Below, piece after piece: positions 59,845-64,000 of a DNA stretch of 64,000 nt. Below the pieces are notes generated by a model, which worked only from the letters and a program-made list of their open reading frames with translations, made no database searches and was not told the origin of the DNA. The stretch is taken from NCBI GenBank assembly GCA_044226015.1, contig JBGAHS010000003.1, positions 64,001-128,000 of the forward strand. The letters run 5' to 3'. Within the stretch, counting starts at the first letter, position 1. The number at the start of each line of letters is the position of its first letter. Source of the stretch: Candidatus Obscuribacteraceae bacterium. Its GTDB lineage: Bacteria > Cyanobacteriota > Vampirovibrionia > Obscuribacterales > Obscuribacteraceae. The position numbers and the translations under genes are program-made.

Positions 59845-61580
59845 TAAGTTCTTCGCGAAAAATGTGGCAGCCTAAATGGCTTATGCTTTTCCTGCTGTTG
59901 TTCGAAACGACGAGGCTGCTCGAATGGGTTTGTTCTCCTCATGCCTTGAGCAGCGCCTCCACCATCAGGAGCAGTGATTACAGTCTTCGGCATTGATTTT
60001 TGCAGCCAGGCAACCTTGTCTGGAGTCAGCTTTGTGTCTTCAAGGTTTAGCACTAATAGTTGCTTTGCCTTAGCAAGATCAGCGACAGCATCATCTGTAA
60101 TTGAAGTGCCTTTAAGAGAAACAGAGCGAAGATTTGGCATGTCTTTTAGTGCCTTGATTCCCTCGTTTCCAATTCCGCTGTAATCGAAATTCACGACCTG
60201 AAGCGCCTTCATAGCCTTCAGATGATTCATACATTCATCGGTGATGACAGTGTCGGAAAGATTCAAGTTCGAAATCGGGAAAGTCCTGATATGACCAACT
60301 CCCTCATCTCCAACACGAGTGCTGTGAAGGTTCAACTCTTGAAGATTTCTAAGTCCCTGAGCTCCGAGAATTTTCATACTGTTGTTATCAACATCGCAAT
60401 CATTCAACATCAGTTTATTCAGATTTGGAGCCGCGTTCAGCAATCCCAGCCCTGCATCGGTGATTGATGTAGCATTGACATCGAGTTCTGAAAGTTGAGT
60501 TCCGCGAGCCTTTAGATAACCTTCGAGTCGCTGATCAGACGTCAAATTCTTCTGCTCTGGAATTTCGTAAAGTTGCCCGCTTCGTTCTTTTACAGTGAGT
60601 GTGTCCGGAAAAATACGCTCGCCGATTGGGGGCTCATCATAAGAAGGAAACTCAGCAACTGGCTCTTGAGTGTCAACTGTTTCTGGTGGATCATCCGCTC
60701 CATCTGGCACAGAAACCAATTTATAACCAAGCGGAATTCCTCTATTACCTCGTTCCATACTTGACGTATCAATAGATGGTAGCGAAGGCAAATCTTCTCG
60801 CCTTTGAGGCATTATGCTCGGAATTGGTGGCTCAGCTTCAGGCATCGGAAGCGGAATATCACGATTTGATGGTGCTGGCGACGACACTGTAGTTCTCTTC
60901 TTTTCAATTTCAATTGGTGCAGGTGTCGGTTGAGGAGAATTCTCAGGACGAACTAAGACGGAGTGTTCGCCAGGGGTGGCTGGCAAATCCGAAGCAGACT
61001 GGAAGCCTGCGCTCCCAGACGGTCCCGCATCTGGTTTCACTAATACGGAATGCTCTGCTGGAGTCGGTTCCGATTCGGGGGCAATTACTGAATGCTCCGC
61101 CCGCGTCGGCTCAGGCTTTACTGGTTTCACTAGAATCGAATGCTCTGCTGGAGTCGGTTCCGTTTCGGGGGCAATTACTGAATGCTCCGCCTGCGTCGGC
61201 TCAGGCTTTACTGGTTTCACTAGAATCGAATGCTCTGCCGGAGTTGGCTGAGGTCGCTCGTTGCGTGCATCTTGCCTGGGCTGCTTACGATTATCAGCTA
61301 TATTTGTTTGAGGTCCATCTATATCCGGAATGTAATTCGGATTCGTCCTGCTACGGTCAGAAACGTTTGTTCTTCTATTCGGGTGCTCGAAATTGTCACT
61401 AATAGAAATGCCATGCTTAGCCAATTCTCGTTCGTGCCGAGCCTGAATACGACGTTCTCTGTTACTGCGAACCGTATCGATAACGCTTCCAATTAAATCT
61501 CGTACCGGGCGAAATTCTTGCTGTACATAACCTGACGGGACAGCATTGTCGTCTGCCCTGTACGAATCTCTGAATGGCAT
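59844..61580 (-). CDS. Protein with a disordered Pro-rich N-terminus and C-terminal leucine-rich repeats
   Basis: LSELDVNATSITDAGL, LQELNLHSTRVGDEGV, LRSVSLKGTSITDDAV. Confidence 0.85.
   Translation of the reverse strand: MPFRDSYRADDNAVPSGYVQQEFRPVRDLIGSVIDTVRSNRERRIQARHERELAKHGISISDNFEHPNRRTNVSDRSRTNPNYIPDIDGPQTNIADNRKQPRQDARNERPQPTPAEHSILVKPVKPEPTQAEHSVIAPETEPTPAEHSILVKPVKPEPTRAEHSVIAPESEPTPAEHSVLVKPDAGPSGSAGFQSASDLPATPGEHSVLVRPENSPQPTPAPIEIEKKRTTVSSPAPSNRDIPLPMPEAEPPIPSIMPQRREDLPSLPSIDTSSMERGNRGIPLGYKLVSVPDGADDPPETVDTQEPVAEFPSYDEPPIGERIFPDTLTVKERSGQLYEIPEQKNLTSDQRLEGYLKARGTQLSELDVNATSITDAGLGLLNAAPNLNKLMLNDCDVDNNSMKILGAQGLRNLQELNLHSTRVGDEGVGHIRTFPISNLNLSDTVITDECMNHLKAMKALQVVNFDYSGIGNEGIKALKDMPNLRSVSLKGTSITDDAVADLAKAKQLLVLNLEDTKLTPDKVAWLQKSMPKTVITAPDGGGAAQGMRRTNPFEQPRRFEQQQEKHKPFRLPHFSRRT
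61030..61255. repeat. In-frame 90-bp repeat, ~2.5 copies (16+14-aa PTxAEHS subunits)
   Basis: gcaattactgaatgctccgc at 61081 and 61171. Confidence 0.9.
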
Positions 61581-61759
61581 GAATAATAGACCTCAAATGA
61601 AACCGCCTTTGAAGCCTGAGCAACCCAATATGATAAGTTAACTAATCGCTTGTGGAATTCTTGTGACCGACCACTGGGGAGATCACCATATATGAAATGG
61701 CATTTCGTGCAAGTTAGCATAGAGCTTCGCTAGCCTGGGTCTTTACAGAGCCTAAAAGA

Positions 61760-61791
61760 GGAATACGACGCACATTCATGCGTCGTATTCC
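61760..61791. other. 13-bp-stem hairpin, possible terminator of the upstream minus-strand gene
   Basis: ggaatacgacgca...tgcgtcgtattcc. Confidence 0.55.
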
Positions 61792-61956
61792 AGAACATCG
61801 AATAAAAGTCCTTAACCTGGCGCTATTCTCCTTCAGTTAAGGCAAGCAGCGGAAATAGCGAAAACGATGCTCCTTCCATTCGTGCAACTTGTATGAGTAG
61901 ATTCAGTTGCTAGAAAAAAGTTCCCAACACAAAAACGTTGGCTACGATGTGGTCGC

Positions 61957-64000
61957 CTAGCTAGACGAATTTTCTGCCACGCGCACTTTGAGAGACAGAG
62001 CGGCAAATACAAAAGCCACAAGATAAAAGACAATACCCACCACAAAAGCTACGGAAATTCCAAATATCAAAGACAGCAGCACAGCAAGAACTGAGGCGCA
62101 GACAGATGCTGCACCATTGATACCCCAAAACCAGGGCGTCAAATCCGAATCTTCTGTAGCCATAAACATGCCTGCCGGAAATGCCATTCCCATGAACACT
62201 CCCATTGGTGCCGTTATCAGAACAGCGATAATTACTCGGAAGGCTGTCTCTTGGGCTTGAAAGATTTTGATCAACTCGGGTCCAGCAAAACCAGATAGAG
62301 CAAGAATTACAATAAGCAAGCAAAGTCTTATTTGGATAGCTCTGGCATCAGTTTTCATGACTGTTACGAGGTAACTTCCCAGCGCGCCAGAAAGCAAAAG
62401 AGAAAACAAAATAACCGTAAGACCAAATGAGGGATGTCCAAGAAACATCGAAAGCCTTTGCATTTGCGATATTTCAATAAACATAAACCCCATTCCAATA
62501 GAAAAGAAATAGCCGAGTGTAAACAAAGCGTTTTTTCTCTTGCTCAAATTGAGCGTTGAAGCGGCTCTGACAAACGGCAAGGCAATACAGACTAGGGTCA
62601 TCGTTCCAACAATAAATAGCAACCAGCACAAACTGATTATTGCGTTGCTGGCAATCTGAATTGAATGCCAATTAGTAAGAACCTCACCGAGTTTTCTTAA
62701 AGGCATCTTTTGAAAAAAGAATGGTGAGTCATCAGTTGGAGCACTTGCATTAACATCGAGCGTAGGCACAACAGAATCAGGATTTCGCGCCAGATTTGCA
62801 AGTATGGAAGAATCAGATTTGCCCGGACAGAGAATCAGCTCAAAGCCCAATTTCTCGCAGCGCTCACTCAATATCTCAAGATCCCTCTTAGAAAATGGGT
62901 CACGGCAAACAAGCACAGTCGCTACAGGGGGCAAGGTTTCGTCAATTCTCCCCCCTTTAATAACAGCAATATGGCTTGCCGGGTCCGCAATTCCCTCGGC
63001 TCGAAGAGTGTTGTTCGCCAATACAATCAATCGATAGATCTCAAACGAACTAGCATCGTACCAGCGCGAGAAAGAGATGATTCCACCGGAGTTCAAATGT
63101 TCAAAAAGAGTTTTCCAGGACTCAAGCGTATATAAGGAATTCTCTGAGAGCGAAAGACCGCCCGCTAGACTCGCCGCCCAAGTATCAATTAAAGAGACTT
63201 GAATGATGTCGTAATGCTCTTTGCTCCTTGTGACATAGCTTCGTCCCTCATCATTCACAATTTTCACAGCAGGATGTCTATCAAGCTGACCAGTGAACAT
63301 GCCGAACTTGTTAATCACTGCATCAATGATGTCCTGGTTTAATTCAACACCTGTAACCGCCTTTTGAGAAAAAGCAAGCGCTGAAAGAATATCGCGTCCA
63401 CCACCAACGCCCATCACTAGCACATTCGCGTTTTGCCTCAAGTTATGCGCAATGTTGGTCACGTCAAACTTAAGATGCCTGACTTCGTCCAGATTTCCAT
63501 CAAAATGAGTAAGAACAGTCGCAGCTTCCCCATCTATATGTAGGTAAAGCTGCCGCACTTTAAATGATGGGTCGAACTTCGGACTCAAGCCCCAACCAAT
63601 AGGCTTAGTCCAGACACCAGGCTCACCAAAGACAATAATTCGCGAGAAGCTGTTCCATTTTTGATAGACAGGCTGCGGGTCAATCTTGCCCTTCACATAA
63701 TGAAGCGTGAGGAATGGCTTGTTTTGCTTAGCCATCACAAGCTGAGCACAGGCAAAAGCAAGCAAAAGCAAAGACGTGATGAATGCGGCTTGAGCGCAAT
63801 TTTGCTGCCACCAGCTTTTCGGCGTTTCGGCTTCGAGTTCCAGTTCTGGCTCTTTTTCCGCCTCATTGCGCTCACCCCCCGCCCCGAAGTAACTCGCCGC
63901 AAAACTAGCCCCAGCAGCAACCAACAAAATCGAAGACATGCAATCTGAAAGTGAAAGCAAAGGCGAAAGCATTAGACACCCCGCTGCGGCACCGGCAAGG
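61957..64000 (-). CDS. Polytopic membrane protein with a spermidine-synthase-like SAM-binding domain (5' partial)
   Basis: WNSFSRI, IDGEAAT, VLVMGVGGGRDI, DEGRSYV, DTWAA, ENSLYT, PTDDSPFFF, WGINGAASV; frame stays open to the window edge (LAGAAAGCL). Confidence 0.85.
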   Translation of the reverse strand, partial: LAGAAAGCLMLSPLLSLSDCMSSILLVAAGASFAASYFGAGGERNEAEKEPELELEAETPKSWWQQNCAQAAFITSLLLLAFACAQLVMAKQNKPFLTLHYVKGKIDPQPVYQKWNSFSRIIVFGEPGVWTKPIGWGLSPKFDPSFKVRQLYLHIDGEAATVLTHFDGNLDEVRHLKFDVTNIAHNLRQNANVLVMGVGGGRDILSALAFSQKAVTGVELNQDIIDAVINKFGMFTGQLDRHPAVKIVNDEGRSYVTRSKEHYDIIQVSLIDTWAASLAGGLSLSENSLYTLESWKTLFEHLNSGGIISFSRWYDASSFEIYRLIVLANNTLRAEGIADPASHIAVIKGGRIDETLPPVATVLVCRDPFSKRDLEILSERCEKLGFELILCPGKSDSSILANLARNPDSVVPTLDVNASAPTDDSPFFFQKMPLRKLGEVLTNWHSIQIASNAIISLCWLLFIVGTMTLVCIALPFVRAASTLNLSKRKNALFTLGYFFSIGMGFMFIEISQMQRLSMFLGHPSFGLTVILFSLLLSGALGSYLVTVMKTDARAIQIRLCLLIVILALSGFAGPELIKIFQAQETAFRVIIAVLITAPMGVFMGMAFPAGMFMATEDSDLTPWFWGINGAASVCASVLAVLLSLIFGISVAFVVGIVFYLVAFVFAALSLKVRVAENSSS

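Noticed and set aside
1..64000. tRNA/rRNA genes, prophage, integrase or reverse-transcriptase systems
   Set aside because: No cloverleaf, rRNA-like, phage structural, recombinase or RT motifs recognised by eye; a covariance-model scan would be needed to exclude them.

Overview
Chromosomal window from a bacterium that looks like a non-photosynthetic cyanobacterial relative (Melainabacteria/Vampirovibrionia, Obscuribacterales-like). This is an inference from a cyanobacterial-type SbcD N-terminus, a Ycf52-like GNAT and a SomA-type porin, with no photosynthesis genes and no HIP1 enrichment. Housekeeping genes (purK, purE, sua5/tsaC, sbcD, rlmD, rplI, xseA/B, hutI, FNR, dcd) flank an accessory block (~6-31 kb) of lineage-specific proteins. 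Highlights: (1) an operon encoding a histidine kinase made of two complementarily degenerate kinase modules (His without ATPase, then ATPase without His) joined by a tandem-repeat linker, followed by an MglA GTPase without MglB and a NarL-type regulator; (2) an ATPase-less PrgI/TraC-like + VirB4-N-terminal-like protein divergent from large signal-peptide-less, effector-like genes that share an upstream DNA motif; (3) an IS1595-derived protein with a DprA-like winged helix where the DDE core should be; (4) many unrelated tandem-repeat expansions, both in-frame inside genes and intergenic; (5) a candidate ~120-nt sRNA and a triple-palindrome element. No rRNA, tRNA or CRISPR array was seen. All family calls come from motif recognition by eye, not database searches.
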